64,000 bases of DNA from the human T2T-CHM13v2.0 reference genome, Homo sapiens: the NCBI RefSeq assembly GCF_009914755.1, contig NC_060936.1; one strand, 5' to 3'. Under the pieces are notes generated by a model, which searched no databases, was not told the DNA's origin, and was given only the letters and a program-made list of their open reading frames with translations. The position numbers were made by a program, and so were the translations under genes. Shown here piece by piece: positions 27,271 to 41,185 of the stretch. Within the stretch, counting starts at the first letter, position 1; every line of letters begins with the position of its first letter.

Positions 27271-30200
27271 CTAACAAATAGAGAAACTTAATGTTTAAAA
27301 TGAAAATAGTTAAAACTTGCACAGATTTTAATTTGTATGATAGATCAGTAACATTTAAAAGTTCATACAGAAATTATATACTTACTTCTACTCCTCAGAG
27401 AGCCCATTATTACTCTAAGTACCTTAACAACTTTTATGACCAATAACAACATTAGTAGTTATCCACTAAATACAGCTATGCCAGATTATTGGAAGCAGCT
27501 GGAGGCAAGACGCCAGTTGTGGCGAAGCAATCAACGGCTCCCATATGCTCCTTTAAAGCATGAATTCCATACAGAAATATGAGTGGTAACACATGCAGCA
27601 ACTTAGCAGAGAGGTCAATAAATGATGTTCTAAGGAAAGAGTAGTAATTTCCCAAAAAAAAAAAAAAAAAAAAAAAACTTGGCCTCAAAGGATAGCTAAC
27701 AAATCAGTTAACAATTAAACAACCTTAATCTCACTATCTATTATCCAAACATGACTATCATTAGTAATAAATCTTATTAAATTTGGGCTCAGATTAAATA
27801 TTTCCTGGTCTCTAGCTAAAATTTCCATAAGTAAAAACTGATTTAAGTTTGTTGTGTGGATGATTCTAGGGTTTTCTTGAAGCTTACCAAAAATTTGATT
27901 CCAAAGATATGGAGGCACCTTAAGTTATGCAACACACGGGAAGTGTTGTGATGCATGATGAAAAGAAATTTTTGGTAAATCGTGTAACTTAGTGTGCTTA
28001 TATGCAACTTAATTAATGTAAAGGTTTATAAAGTAGGCTAATACCAAAATTCAATTTGACTAAGGTCAAAATTAATTCAGAGATGAAGTCGGTAAAGATA
28101 CTGAAAGCTAGCATTCATTATTAACAGAGGAAAAGAAAAAAAGAGAACTTTGGCATAGTTAATGATTTTGTCAGAAAACAGGCTTATCCATTGTTCTTAT
28201 AAACACATGTCTTATTTCATATGTATGATAATGAAATGTGTTGTAAGGCATAATACTGGGACAGTCGATTATGATCAAGCAAACTCTTTTAGACACTACA
28301 CTAATATGTATGCCACTAATTAAAGCTATGAAGTAAATTCATAATTCTTTAGCTATTTTCTCTCTGGCTCTTTCTTCTTGGGGAAAAAGAAACACCAACA
28401 AGAAATTTTTAAAAAAGCCTTTCTGGGATGTTGATCACTAAAATTTCAAGTTCAGAGTGCTAAGAGGAAGCACAAGAGGAAAAAATAGATTTGCAAAAAC
28501 ATCATTCGTATGTTCTGGTTCTCTTATAAGGCCCTCTTATATCACTGTATTTAATTTTTTATCTTAACAGCTACGTGAGAGATACTAAAATGTCTAGTCT
28601 ATTTCTGAAGAGGCTGAGAATCAATGACATTAAGTGACTTGTACAAAGTTATATAATTAAAAAATAGTAAAGTCTGCTGTTTCTAAATCCCACAATCTAT
28701 GTACAACCCAAAAAGCTTTTAAAGGAAAATACCATCATTCTTCCCATGTGCCCTCTCTCAAGGTACCCTTAAAGATACAGCCACCATCCACACACAAAGG
28801 AATGCCTCTGTGCTCCTGTGCTTGGCTCTTCCAAGTCCTATGCCCTTTTTGTGGCCTTTTAGCTGATGCTCCTTATCCCTTGCTTACTTTGGCCCTTCAA
28901 GATTTGAGGTAGCTACCATTACAGACTCAGTTTACTTTTTAATAAAGTTATATCATTGACTTTCTCCCACAGGATTCCGACAATTGGAGTCATGTGTAAG
29001 CACTGTTTCAAAAAATATTTTCCTGACAGTAGAAAAAATATTTGGATGTTTGATCTCTACCTTATTGATATCAACTTGGGGGTCCTTCATATATCTTGCA
29101 TAAATATTAACACCATTACTGAACTTTAAAAGGCCAAAAATATTCCAGTTGTGTTGGTTACACACATTGCAATGAATTGTGACTTTATTCATTAAGAGAT
29201 GTAGCAAATATAGTCTGTATTTCACAACTTTCTGTCAGCCCTCAACCATAATTTTTTTTCTTTTACCCATCAATGACAAAAAAATGTATTCTTACCTAAT
29301 TACTGCTCTTTCACTTTTGGGAAGCTATTAAATAGTGAGCAGAAAACAGGCCTGGAGCATTTCTCACCATCATGTTTATTAAGAGCAGCTCAGGATCACA
29401 TAAGGGGAGAATTATATTTCCTATGTAAGCAGGTGGGTATGTAAGATTGTAAAAAGAGAGCCTCAGTGAAAGAGTCCCTATGAGTAGGAGCAGATCATTA
29501 TAACAGATGATGTGGGCAGACATCCCACTGATATTTAGTACGGCTTAACACAGCCAGAACGGAATAAAACTTAACTGTGGTCAAGGTGGAGAGAAGGGAT
29601 GAGTACTAATAAAGTAAATACAGCACATCCTGAGGTTATTTTCTGCTTCTCCTTTAAGTTAACACTGTACTGCAAAGAGAAAAGTTTTATAACTATATTC
29701 CAGCTATCTGAACAGTTATTGGCACTGGGGGAAAATGTCTACCAAACTTTTCATGTATTTTCTTGATGAGATTTTTCCTTTTTGATTTTAATAGAGAAAA
29801 ACTATAATGTTTGCCTTATTGCCTAGATGATAGTTATTAAAGTAAAAAAATTCTTAAACAGGTTATTAGCATCCTTAAAATATTTTAAAATTAAAGACAT
29901 ACTCCAAGTTCATGATAATTTTTAAAAACCTTTCTGCAAAGGAGTATATTTTTTAAAAAATCAAGCCATAAATATGTGTGTATGTGGTAGATATTTCAAA
30001 TAGAAAAGAACATCAAAGTTTAGCATATTAGCACTTCTTAATGCTACTGGAAGACACCAGTTAGATGAAATGAAAAAAATAAATAAAATGGTGTAATTAT
30101 TCTGGTATACACACATTGCTTGTGCTTTCTAAAATATTCTCAGTGAAAATAAATTTAAATATCCAAGAATTATTCCTTCATGAAGACATTTCCATTTCAT

Positions 30201-31308
30201 TTTGAGGCTGCAAAACTCTTAAAGATAAGGACCACACTTCCTATCTTAATCTTTGCATACAGAAAGAGAGATTGGAAAAATGGAATCAACATCTTAAGGT
30301 TCATAATTTCAGGGACTTGGCAGAATTAGACCACAGTAGGTTAACCTAAGTTGAACTAGGATGATTGCAAAATACAATGTTTTTATAAACCATGTTTAAT
30401 CTCTCATCTTTACCTCTAAAAATGCAGATGATTTTGATTTTTCTAAAGCCCCTTTGTGTCTGTTTTCCTATTATTATTTCACTGTTTATTATCCTGCATC
30501 AAAAACCTTATAAAACAACAAATTGAGTTTTAATTTGAAAAGTTTTGTTATTTCATATTTCCTTTCCATTTTCTCTGATCAAGTTTCAAAATGAAAGCAA
30601 CCAAAGTGAGAGAAAGGAAAAGGAAAAGACTGAAAACAAATGGCTGCTAATGCAGCTACATGGAGGAGACGGGCAATAGGAGAACATCAATTCCAAACGG
30701 TTCTCAATAGGGCAGTAAAAAGCTTAGCAAAAAGGTACCTCTTTGCAATTTTAGATAAAATATAAAATTCTAGGGATTTGATCAGAGAGAGAAGGAGAAA
30801 TGGGGGAAGACATTATACCTAAGCATCAGAAGCCATTAAAAATCTCAGAGTGGGTAAAGTTATAGCATACATGGTTTTGAGAGTTTTTGTTAGTTGCATG
30901 AATATTGTTATTTGATACTCTTTAGTATGAAAGTAACTCAAGAATGTCCATGGATTGGCTTCAATATTTTTTAATTTTTTCTGCTATTGACTTCTCATGT
31001 TATTTCTGTGATTATGATTATATGCAAAAATAAAATTATCGGATACCATGCGTCATGACATGGATGAGCACAGATTTATTGGATGAATCAGAATCTAATT
31101 ACTTATTACTCAAAGCAGGTTTTGTTTACATGTATTAACATTTTATCTTATGTTGGCTACATGAGAGATAAATAAATACCATTTAATAATGATAGTATTG
31201 TGAGAAGTGAGATTCACAAGGTTTCTAAGCTCTCCTCATAACTATAAAGATTATTAGCATTTCCATGCTACCAGGGTACTAATGTTTCTTTATAAAAAGG
31301 AGCTATTT

Positions 31309-31620
31309 GCCAAGCGTGGTGACTCACACCTGTAATCCCGGCACTTTGGGAAGCCGAGGCATGAGGAACCCTTAAGGCCAGAAGTTTGAGACCAGCCTGG
31401 GCAACATAGGGAGGGTCCCCCCATCTCTACAAAACATATATTTTTAATTAGCTGGGCATGGATGGTGGCATGCACCTGTGGTCCTAGCCACTCAGGAGGC
31501 TGAGGTGGGACAATTGCTTGAGCCCTGAGCCCCTGCCCAGTTTGAGGCTGCAATGAGTTACGATTGTGCCACTGCATGAGCCTGGGCAACAGAGTGAGAC
31601 CCTGCTTTCAAAAAAAACCC
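31309..31620 (+). mobile_element. Alu (AluJ-type)
   Basis: gccaagcgtggtgactcacacctgtaatc...tttgaggctgcaatgagttacgattg; TSD agctattt. Confidence 0.9.
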
Positions 31621-32916
31621 CAGCTATTTACCAAAAAAAAAAAAAAAAAAAAAAAAAACTGATGGATAGTTATTTCTGCATTATGTTCATTTCTCCTAAA
31701 TTCTCAGAGAGATGATCTGCTGTTCAAGAGTGATTTTGTATCACAAGCATGGGAATGACTGGGTACAAAGCAATCAGGTAAGAGACAGTGTAAAAGAGAG
31801 GAACAAAAATGATATGAGCCAGTAGAAGACAGGTTTAAGTAACGATGTGTTGATGGAAGTATTTATACACCTCAAGATCATGCTTGTAATGCATTTAAGA
31901 GCAGTAGCCTTTGTTAATCACAAAAAAGACTCATTCCATGTTTCAAGGGATCAAGATACAGAGAAAGTTTTGCTTTCCTGTTCTCTTATGTGAATGAAGC
32001 ACCTGTTACAGCACAAAACAGAAAGAATTTTTTAAAACAATAGGAAACTAAGAAAAAAGCCTTCAATAAATGGTAGAATAGAAAGAAGCCTAATAAATAC
32101 CCTACATGTGGAGAACTGTGAATGAGCAGTATTTTACGGTGGGAGAAAAAGTAAAATCAATTGTATAATGGGAAAATATTTTTCTTAGCCAGAATATTAA
32201 TTTCCTCATTTAGGTTTTTAAAACATAACAAGGTATCAAAGAGGCCCTCTAAAATATTTGAGTTTTACTTTAAAAGAGTCTCAACTACCTTTTGTCAAAA
32301 GAGCACTTTTCTTGGAGAAATACATTCATCTGTACTTTTATACTAGAACATTATTTTTTCATTTATTTGGTTAGTTCACAAATCCCAATGATATGTTGTT
32401 AAACATTTTGATCCAAAATGGGTCAAAGAGAGATACTAACTCACTCTAAAAATGATCTTTAAAAAAAAATACAGAGACTATTATGAACCAATGAAATATA
32501 TGTTGTTAAAGTTTTTTATATGTACCTTCCAAAATAAATTACTAATTTCAGTGAATCAAAATTTAAGATTTCCTAATTGTTCTCTTAAAAACGTGTCATT
32601 TACAATTTTTATAAAAACATTCAAATATTGTTCCAAATGTCTTCAGCATTAGACTTAATATTTGTTTCAAATTCCAGATAAAGTCAACATGATGGGCTCG
32701 GCACAAGTGCTCTTATTTTGTGTTCATCCGTACCTACGATCTTGATCTATTTAATATGATTAACCAGAACTAAGGTAAGACCCAGAAGAACAGGGTCTAT
32801 GCCTAATTAGTTATAGGACTTGGGGATGGCCCTTTTCATTTCTGGACCATATCTTCATCTACAAAAGAAGAAAAAGCTGGACCGAATTATCTCTAAAGTC
32901 TGTTTTTCTATATTAA

Positions 32917-33230
<314 letters not shown>

Positions 33231-35038
33231 CTATATTAATTATTTTATTGATCAAAAAGTTCTAATTCAGTAGTACTCACAGTGTTGGTCTGTGATGAGG
33301 TCAGTAGCTTATCCGAGAGCGTAAACTACCAAACTGTTACCCTCATCAAAAAAAAAAACTTACAGTAAAAAAGAATGTCAGCTAAATTAAAGTGCATCCG
33401 GCAAGCTCCTTATCTTAACTGAGGACCTGTAACAGTTCGCAGAATGGCCTGAGTTCCACACTGTCCTAACACATTCTTCCTGCTCACTCAAATGACTATC
33501 TTTGAGTATACCCCAGTTTTTACAGCAATATAAACATTAGTAGTCAATTCTATGGCATGAGAGGAGTGAAATAATTTGCAGGATCAAGAATTGCACCCAC
33601 AAAGCATGGAGTTGGCTGTTCATTAAATAGTTAAGAGATTATACATGAAGTTTAGCCTACGTGCACAGGCACAAGCCAAGGAAGCTTGAAAAATTATCCA
33701 TGAATATGGTTATTATTACCATATCTCCAAATTTAAAAACGAGGATATATGAATGGACAGAAACAGGTTTATGTATGGGTTATCGAACTGAAACCAGTTA
33801 TTTAAATAGAGAGCATGGTGTTCACAGGAGGGTAAATATCATTGAGAAATACTGCATCTACCTTGTTAGGGGTCCAAAAAATACAAAATTGTGTGAATAC
33901 ACAGACAAAATATTTTGAAACATAAATGTCCTAGAAAATGTAAAGGATGATGCACGTTCTATACACATAAGCCTAATCACTGAGCATAAAAAATTGTTAT
34001 TTTCAGAAGTTTCTATTTGTGGAACTTACAGCTCAGTAAAGCTGAATATACTTTCATTAGAACAGTCTCAAAACTATGTTTAAAATAGAAAGAAGAAATA
34101 TACCCTTACCTGATTTTATTATATAACTATGATATTTCAGTTAGAGATGATGGAATATTTTAAACATACATGCTAAATATTAAATATTTACACAAGAAGG
34201 GAAGAGGGGGAGGTGAATTGAGATTCTCCCTCAGGGTAAAAATTACTATCTATGTTAGTGGATGACATTCTTATTATTCAGGTGCTCTGAGGCATCCATT
34301 TGGTCAAAGCTAGCTGTTCATATAAATAATGTTGGAAGTCTATAGTTACATATTTTTTAATTTGGAAATTTCATCACAAATGTATATAAATGATTAACCT
34401 TGGATTCATTTCACAAATTGTGACCTTAACAACAATGCTCTTTCTTTCACCCTTTGAAGCTGTTTGCTTGCGAAATGATTTTTGTCTCTCCTATATATAC
34501 ATACACATATACCACAATTCTATATACATCACTTCATTTTAAACGTCTTTTAGTGCTCCTGAGTCTGACTGATGTAAGATGTTATTTTGAACATGCCAAA
34601 GCATCTAAACGGCTCTGGTCTTTTCTTTTCAGCCTGCATTCCTTGATAAGTGGCAAAGCTTCCCACTTATCAGTCACTCAAAGTGACTGTAGCTGTCAGT
34701 TGTGTACAAAGCGCAATCAGTTTGGAAGCGGAGACACCAGCATTTTTCTTCTCAGCTTGAAGCAAACACGTTTTGACTGCTAGTCATTCAATTTTAAAGC
34801 ATCCTCAATTAGGGGCGGATGAAGATATAAAGAAAACACATCCTAAATACCTCCAGCAGGCAACAGAAAAATTTTATTGTTATCTCTTGATTTACCTTAC
34901 GGCAGCCCTATCCCTCCTCTTTTTCTGGCTGCATGACACGGGTGCTCATGACAACGTACCCTCTATCATGAAAAGATTGCCATAATATATTATACTAACA
35001 ATCTGGGAAACCTTTCTTTGGGCTTGTTTATGTTTTCT

Positions 35039-35075
35039 TGCTCTCTCTCTCTCTTTCTCCCTCTCTCTCTCTCTC
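35039..35075. repeat. (CT)n repeat
   Basis: Directly visible. Confidence 0.85.
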
Positions 35076-35411
35076 AAATTGCCCCACAGAAAATCAAATA
35101 ATTGACTTTTAAAATGAAAACAAACTCAATCTTTCCAACTTACTCTGTTTATTACTGATCAAGTTTTTATTCAACGAAAACATAAAATCCAATTGGATAA
35201 TGAAAAGAAAAAGAAAAAAAGTTAGCCAGAGAAAGGAACTATGTATGGGAGGGAAAAATAAAAAGAGTAAAAGAAATCACGAGTGGCTATGTCAGACAAT
35301 CCAGCAGCAGGTATGGATGTAGGTATTCGCCAAGCCATGGAAAGGAATACAGAAGTAGAAAGAGAATTAAAAAGGTATTCAGAACTAAACGGTGGTAATT
35401 AGAGGAGAAAA

Positions 35412-35413
<2 letters not shown>

Positions 35414-35456
<43 letters not shown>

Positions 35457-35497
35457 GCACTCACACACACACAAACACACATACACACACATATATG
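35414..35497. repeat. (TA)n(CA)n compound microsatellite
   Basis: Directly visible. Confidence 0.92.
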
Positions 35498-36539
35498 CAA
35501 TAAACAGAGAAGATAAAAGAAAAGTAAATGATCAAAAAAAGATATATAGAAACCTAGGTATGTATGTATGAATACACATACAATTCATATACAATGTATA
35601 CACAGAAATTAATATAATCTGTAATTAAATATATGTATATGACATTAAAACCTTCTCATTAGTTATTTTAGTTAAACATTTATGTACATTATAAAGTTAG
35701 TTCACCTTTTCTAATCTACTATGTAGATATAAGTCTCAACATAAGATAATTCTTTTTAAAGAGATGATATTTATCTATTATAAGCATAGCATCCTATTTT
35801 CTTAGCATTTATCAGTGAAAGTTTAGTTGTATGCAATATTTGCATATGTGGAAAATGTCTTTTCCTGATTTATAAATATTTATTTTCACCATTTATAAAA
35901 GGACAATCTCTTATCTTGTTTTACTGCAGAAAGCGGAAATAAATTACTTTTAAAAAAATATCCTGCCACATTTGCCAACCTGATAGATTTAACTCAGTTT
36001 GAAAAGACCAATTAGTCTTATTTTCTAGAGATCATCTGAATTAAATCACTCATTACTCTTCTAGTAAGAAGAGGGAGGAAGACACCCCTTCAGTTTACAA
36101 AGTACTCAACTGTCAGGGTTTCAGAATAACACACACGCATACACACACACATACACACAGGCCTCAGTTCTATCATCTATAAAATGGATATAATAACACA
36201 AACTGTCTGAATTCTTGTGCTAATAATGTAAGATGACCTCTGTAAAATGCCAAATACTTAATAAGCAATAGGCTGCTCCTTCTTCTTACCAGTACAGTAC
36301 AAAGAGATCATATTTTTTCCCTGTTTATAATATCAAGTCAAAAATTTATTGAAATAGAATGACATTTCAAAGGTAGTATACTAAATAGTTCATGGTTTAC
36401 AAATCCTAAGATTACTAATTTAACCTTATTTGCTACTGTAACTACTAATCTTTAAGACAGGAGATTTATGTACCTTAAACTGTTTGATAGGGTTACAAAT
36501 CCTAGATATCCCTAGAAAGTTTTGGGATTATTTTGGATT

Positions 36540-37790
36540 GGGCTGTCAGAGGTGGCCTCCCTGACAAGCATGGCATTTGAAGAGATTTGAATGAAGTAAA
36601 GGTCTAAATTATATGATTAAAAGAGTATTCCAGGCCATGAGAATAACCAGTGCAAATGCCCTGATGGTAGAACACTCAGCACGTTCCCAGCAACCAAGAA
36701 GGACAGTTCAATCACATTTAAAAGATCACTCTAGCAGCTATGTGAAAAATCTACTTGGTGGGGTAAACAAAGGAAGTAGGGTGACCAACATGGTTAGGAG
36801 CTTACTGCAGTAGTCTGAGAAATGATGGTGAATTAGACCAGAATGGTGTTGGTCAATTTGACAGATGTTGGACAGAAAACCAATGTAGATGGATTAGTTG
36901 TGAGATGTGAAAGAATGAGGATTCCAGGATGTCTCCTAGGTATTCGCCACAGAAAACAGGCAAATGGTATCATATTCAGAGGAGGAGAAACTGGGAAAGA
37001 ATGAGTTTGGGGAAGATAATTAAAGGATATGTTTTTAAAATGTGAACTTTGAAGTGCCTGTTAGGTATCCATTTGTATTAGTCTGTTCTCACACTGCTAA
37101 TAAAGACATATCCAAGACTGAGTAATTTATAAAGGAAAGAAGTTTAATAAACTCACAGTTCCACATGGCTGGGGAGGTCACACAATCATGGCGGAGATGA
37201 AGGAAGAGCAATGGGACGTCTTACATGGCAGCAGGCAACAGAGAGCTTGTGCAGGGGAACTCCCCTTTATAAAACCATCAGATCTCATGAGACTTATTCA
37301 CTATCATGAGAACAGCATGGGAAAGATCCACCCCCATGATTCAATGACCTCCCACTGGGTCCCTCCTATGACATGTGGGAATTATGGGAGCTACAATTCA
37401 AAATGAGATTTGGGTGGGGACACAGACAAACCATATCACCATTTAAATGGAACTGGGGTTTCTGACTCTGAAGATCAGGAGAGAAATTTAGGCTGGAGAG
37501 ACAAATTTTGGAATATTATTTTCAGGGTGACATAAAACCACTGACCAACTGAGACCATTTAGACAGTAAGTGTAGATACGGAAGTCAGATGATGGAGCAT
37601 TATCACAATTCAGCCTTTTAAAGATGGGCAGACAATCTACCAAATAAGACTGGGAATAAGAAATAGAAACTTAAAGAGAAAAGCAAACTGTGCTGGACTG
37701 AAAAGTATTACAAAAATATGGGAGTGATCAAAATTTTCAAATGCTGCTGTAAGCTCAAGTATGATAAAGACTGAGAATTTTCCACTTCTA
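36540..37790 (-). mobile_element. L2 LINE fragment, split by a THE1 LTR
   Basis: gtattccaggccatgagaataaccagtgcaaatgccctga; tttaaaagatcactctagcagctatgtg; tttgaagtgcctgttaggtatcca. Confidence 0.75.
37074..37438 (-). mobile_element. THE1 (MaLR) solo LTR
   Basis: tgtattagtctgttctcacactgctaataaagacata...gagatttgggtggggacacag..aaaccatatca; perfect 5-bp TSD ccatt (37069-37073, 37439-37443). Confidence 0.95.
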
Positions 37791-37975
37791 GAATACTCTC
37801 TTTGTAGTAGAAGCTATCCCAGTTTTCCCTTTTGCTTTTCCTTCAAGGGAAAACTAGGGATAAGCCTAGTGGCACACAGGTGACCTTAATTCCCTACTCA
37901 TCTTTTCTTTCCCAATTTATTCACCTGTTTGGCTCTCTTTTCTGAAGAATAATGGTGTTAAATACATACATCCCC

Positions 37976-38002
37976 GAGAGAGAGAGAGAGAGAGAGAGAG
38001 AG
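37976..38002. repeat. (GA)n microsatellite
   Basis: About 13 units. Confidence 0.92.
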
Positions 38003-40989
38003 GTCAGTTTCTCACTGTTTGTAAGTTACATGAAAATTTACTAGCAAAAGCTCAAAAGAGTAGAAGTTAGTACTCTGTCTAGGGAGCTGAAGCAAATTTG
38101 CCATATGTTAGAGATGTCTGGAATGTATGTCTTGAATCATGACGTAACTGTGCTCTTCATAGAGTAATTCATTTTGTTAACATTCTGTTAATTTCAATGG
38201 CATTTATTTTTCTATTTGTTAACTCTTTTCAAAGACAGGAGGTAGAAATTCATTCTAAAGACTTTGTGAGTACCCCCAGCTATAGCATTTATTTTACCAC
38301 ACTATTGTGTAAATTAAAGTAAAATAAAAAGTGGTTCATTTTGGACCAACATACTGACTTCGGCCAACATTCCCAAATCTTTCTGTTGTTGTTGACTTGC
38401 TTTGTTTTGTTTCTACTACTTGAAAATTACATTCCCAGGGGCGTATGTAAGCAATGATAGTCCCTATTTTGTTAAGAGGATATGGACTACAGAGCCTCAG
38501 TGAGAAACAGTTCAAGTTTGTCCACAGGTAATTTTGTTTGGGAAGAGGTTGAAAAGTCATGGGAAAAATGACTGTCAGTCTGCTTTCTGGGCCAATCTCA
38601 GTGATTCCAGAATGGCCATATTTACAACTTGTGAAAAAGCAGCTGCTCCAGACACATGGCAGATTTGGATAAAATGTTCCCAATGCTGAAGCCCGCTGGT
38701 TCTGTGCCTCTGATATTTCAGTTTACATGCAGATCTCTCTTCTTTAGACCACAGCAACGCTAACCAAAGTTTAAACAATTATCTAAATAGATTAAATGAA
38801 CCCAGGATTCACTTCAGAAATCATACTGCAAAGATTGTAGAAGAAAGAAACACAGAAATGGGAAAACAGGAAAATAAAAATAATAAAGAAATTTGAGATT
38901 CCAGATAAAAAGCAAAAGAAAAAATGTCCTTCCATTAAATGCATTTTTTAGTGATTTTTCTGAGCAGCTCAAGTCAGGATGAGTTATAAAACCAGGATTA
39001 CAACTTCTAAACATTGTTATCAACATCACGTCAATATAGTAATCAGCTTAGAGCAACACAGACTTTGTTATTTCAAATAGCGTCTCAATAAAAATATTAA
39101 AAAGTTCAAAATATCAAGGACATAGAGTAGTTAAAAATCCTATATAAATATAACCTCTCATGTTTGATAAATTCATCCAAAACAGAGGTCAGAGGGCTAG
39201 AAAGCACATATCCAGGAAAAGAGGATTCTGGAGGTTTTATTTAATCATAAGAGTTTGGAGCAATTTATGGAAATAATAAGACCAATAACATAAGGAGAAA
39301 AAATAACAGAAATTGGCAGTTGGGAGTAACAGAAGAGGAGATACACCATCCTCATTTGACAAGGCAAGTGTCAAGGAACACCTTATACTTGATTGAACAA
39401 GAAAAGGGGTTGAAAGTAAAATGAAGTTTAATAGCACCTACTCAATAAATTTAAATAATATATAACTGCATCTTGAGGAAGGGGAAAGGAGAGTGGCAAT
39501 AGGGAGCTAGTAAATCTTCATGTTTCCAGGATCATGGTATTTAAAGTTGATAAGTCAGAAATAGCACTATAATTAAATTTTTTGATAGAGAAGTAAATAC
39601 TAGGAGGAAGATTTTAAAGTGGCTCCTTCTGAGTAAAAGAAGAGTAAAGTATAGAGAACTGAGCTTGAGATGGTTGCTTTCATTTCTTTTTGGTACTTTC
39701 TTAGCCATGTAGCACGTGTTGTATCAATGAAGATGAAAATATATACACCTGTCAATCCGTATGTCTGTCTACAGAGACAGGTTTGCCTAGACAGAGAAAT
39801 AAGAAGAATGAGTGGATTTCTACCATTAGGTAATTGCCAGGAGACATATTAAAAAAAGAATACTTAAGGAATTTTAAAGTGGCTCCCTCTGAGTGAAAGG
39901 ACAGGGCTGCAGGCAGTTATCCTTACGAACCCTTCAGGGCAGGCCACTTGTCTTCTCAAATGGAAGTTATGCATCCAGAAAATACAAAGAAGAAAGTCAT
40001 CCTTAAAGCTACTTCTTTATATCTCCATATTTCCTCCTCTAATAATCTATCTGAATGCCAAGAAATTGTATCCTGTCCAGTTATGATGTATTTTATTTCA
40101 CATAGCAAAACATTAGTTGGAGCTGAAGGAGTTAATGCGTGTCTTTCTCAGGTTGAAATGCTACCTTAACTACACAGTGTTTATTCTTGGCATTTGCAGT
40201 CTCCAAAAGAGACAAGGTTACTTTGTAATCTCTTTGTGCTCTTGTATGTGTGCAGGGTCTTGTTGAGGGGGGTAAAATGCTTACCACACTCAGGGAAAGA
40301 AATCATACATCAGCAGGTCAGTTAGGTACATACTATTATTTCACCTGTAACATTATTATGTTTCAATACAATATTTCAATGGATTTCCTTCTGCGTAATA
40401 ATTTTTCAAGAATTACCAAAACTTTAATGAGCTCAGAGAACTTTGGTGCCAATAAAATGAAACCTTTATCACAAATTGGTTGAGCCCATGACTGCAACTT
40501 AATCATTCAATTGTATATAAGTCAAGTTGTATTTTTACCGTGTAGGAATAAGTTCCCAGGGAAAGAAAACTCATTTTAAAACTTAGGGCCATTAAGCCTT
40601 AAATGGTAGAATATTGGTAAAATAAAAATGAACTGAGCCAAAACTCGGGTAACTTGGAATTGAGCCATTGTTCCACAAGAAACAACTTATGTGACACTGG
40701 GAAAAATTTCTAACCTTACTTAGTTTTAGTTTACAAATGTCAAAATGAGAGATAGGTCTAAATAAAGCCTTTCTAAAAACCTCTTGTAGTTCTAAAATCA
40801 TATGAATATGGAACACTGAACTCACAGTTTTTAGTGACTACTGCCATGTAAAGTATATTCTTTTTTTTTTTTTCCTAGAAGTTCTCCTCTTGCTGGAAAC
40901 ATTCATGAATTGCCCATCATTGGAAATACAGAAAGCACACATTTTTCTCTCTAATGACTTTGGCAAAAATGTTTAGCCCATGTACTTGC

Positions 40990-41185
40990 TAAATACCAGT
41001 CACAGTCCCATTTAATCTTCAGAGAACCAGGTGTTAGTTAGGTATTATATTTCCTTTTTTATAGATTGCAATAATAAAACTCAAAGGGAGTAAACCATCT
41101 TCTCAAGATCACACGGCAGATATCAGATGTGAAGATGCACAGACTGAGTTCAGGTTCATCTTATTCCAGATCACTGTTCTCAATC
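40990..41185 (-). mobile_element. MIR SINE
   Basis: catttaatcttcagagaacc...tttttatagat...aaactcaaagg...ctcaagatcacac. Confidence 0.65.

Noticed and set aside
33268-33465. Possible hAT/Charlie-type DNA transposon relic
   Set aside because: Only a terminal-like cagtagtactcacagtg motif recognised; too degraded to call.
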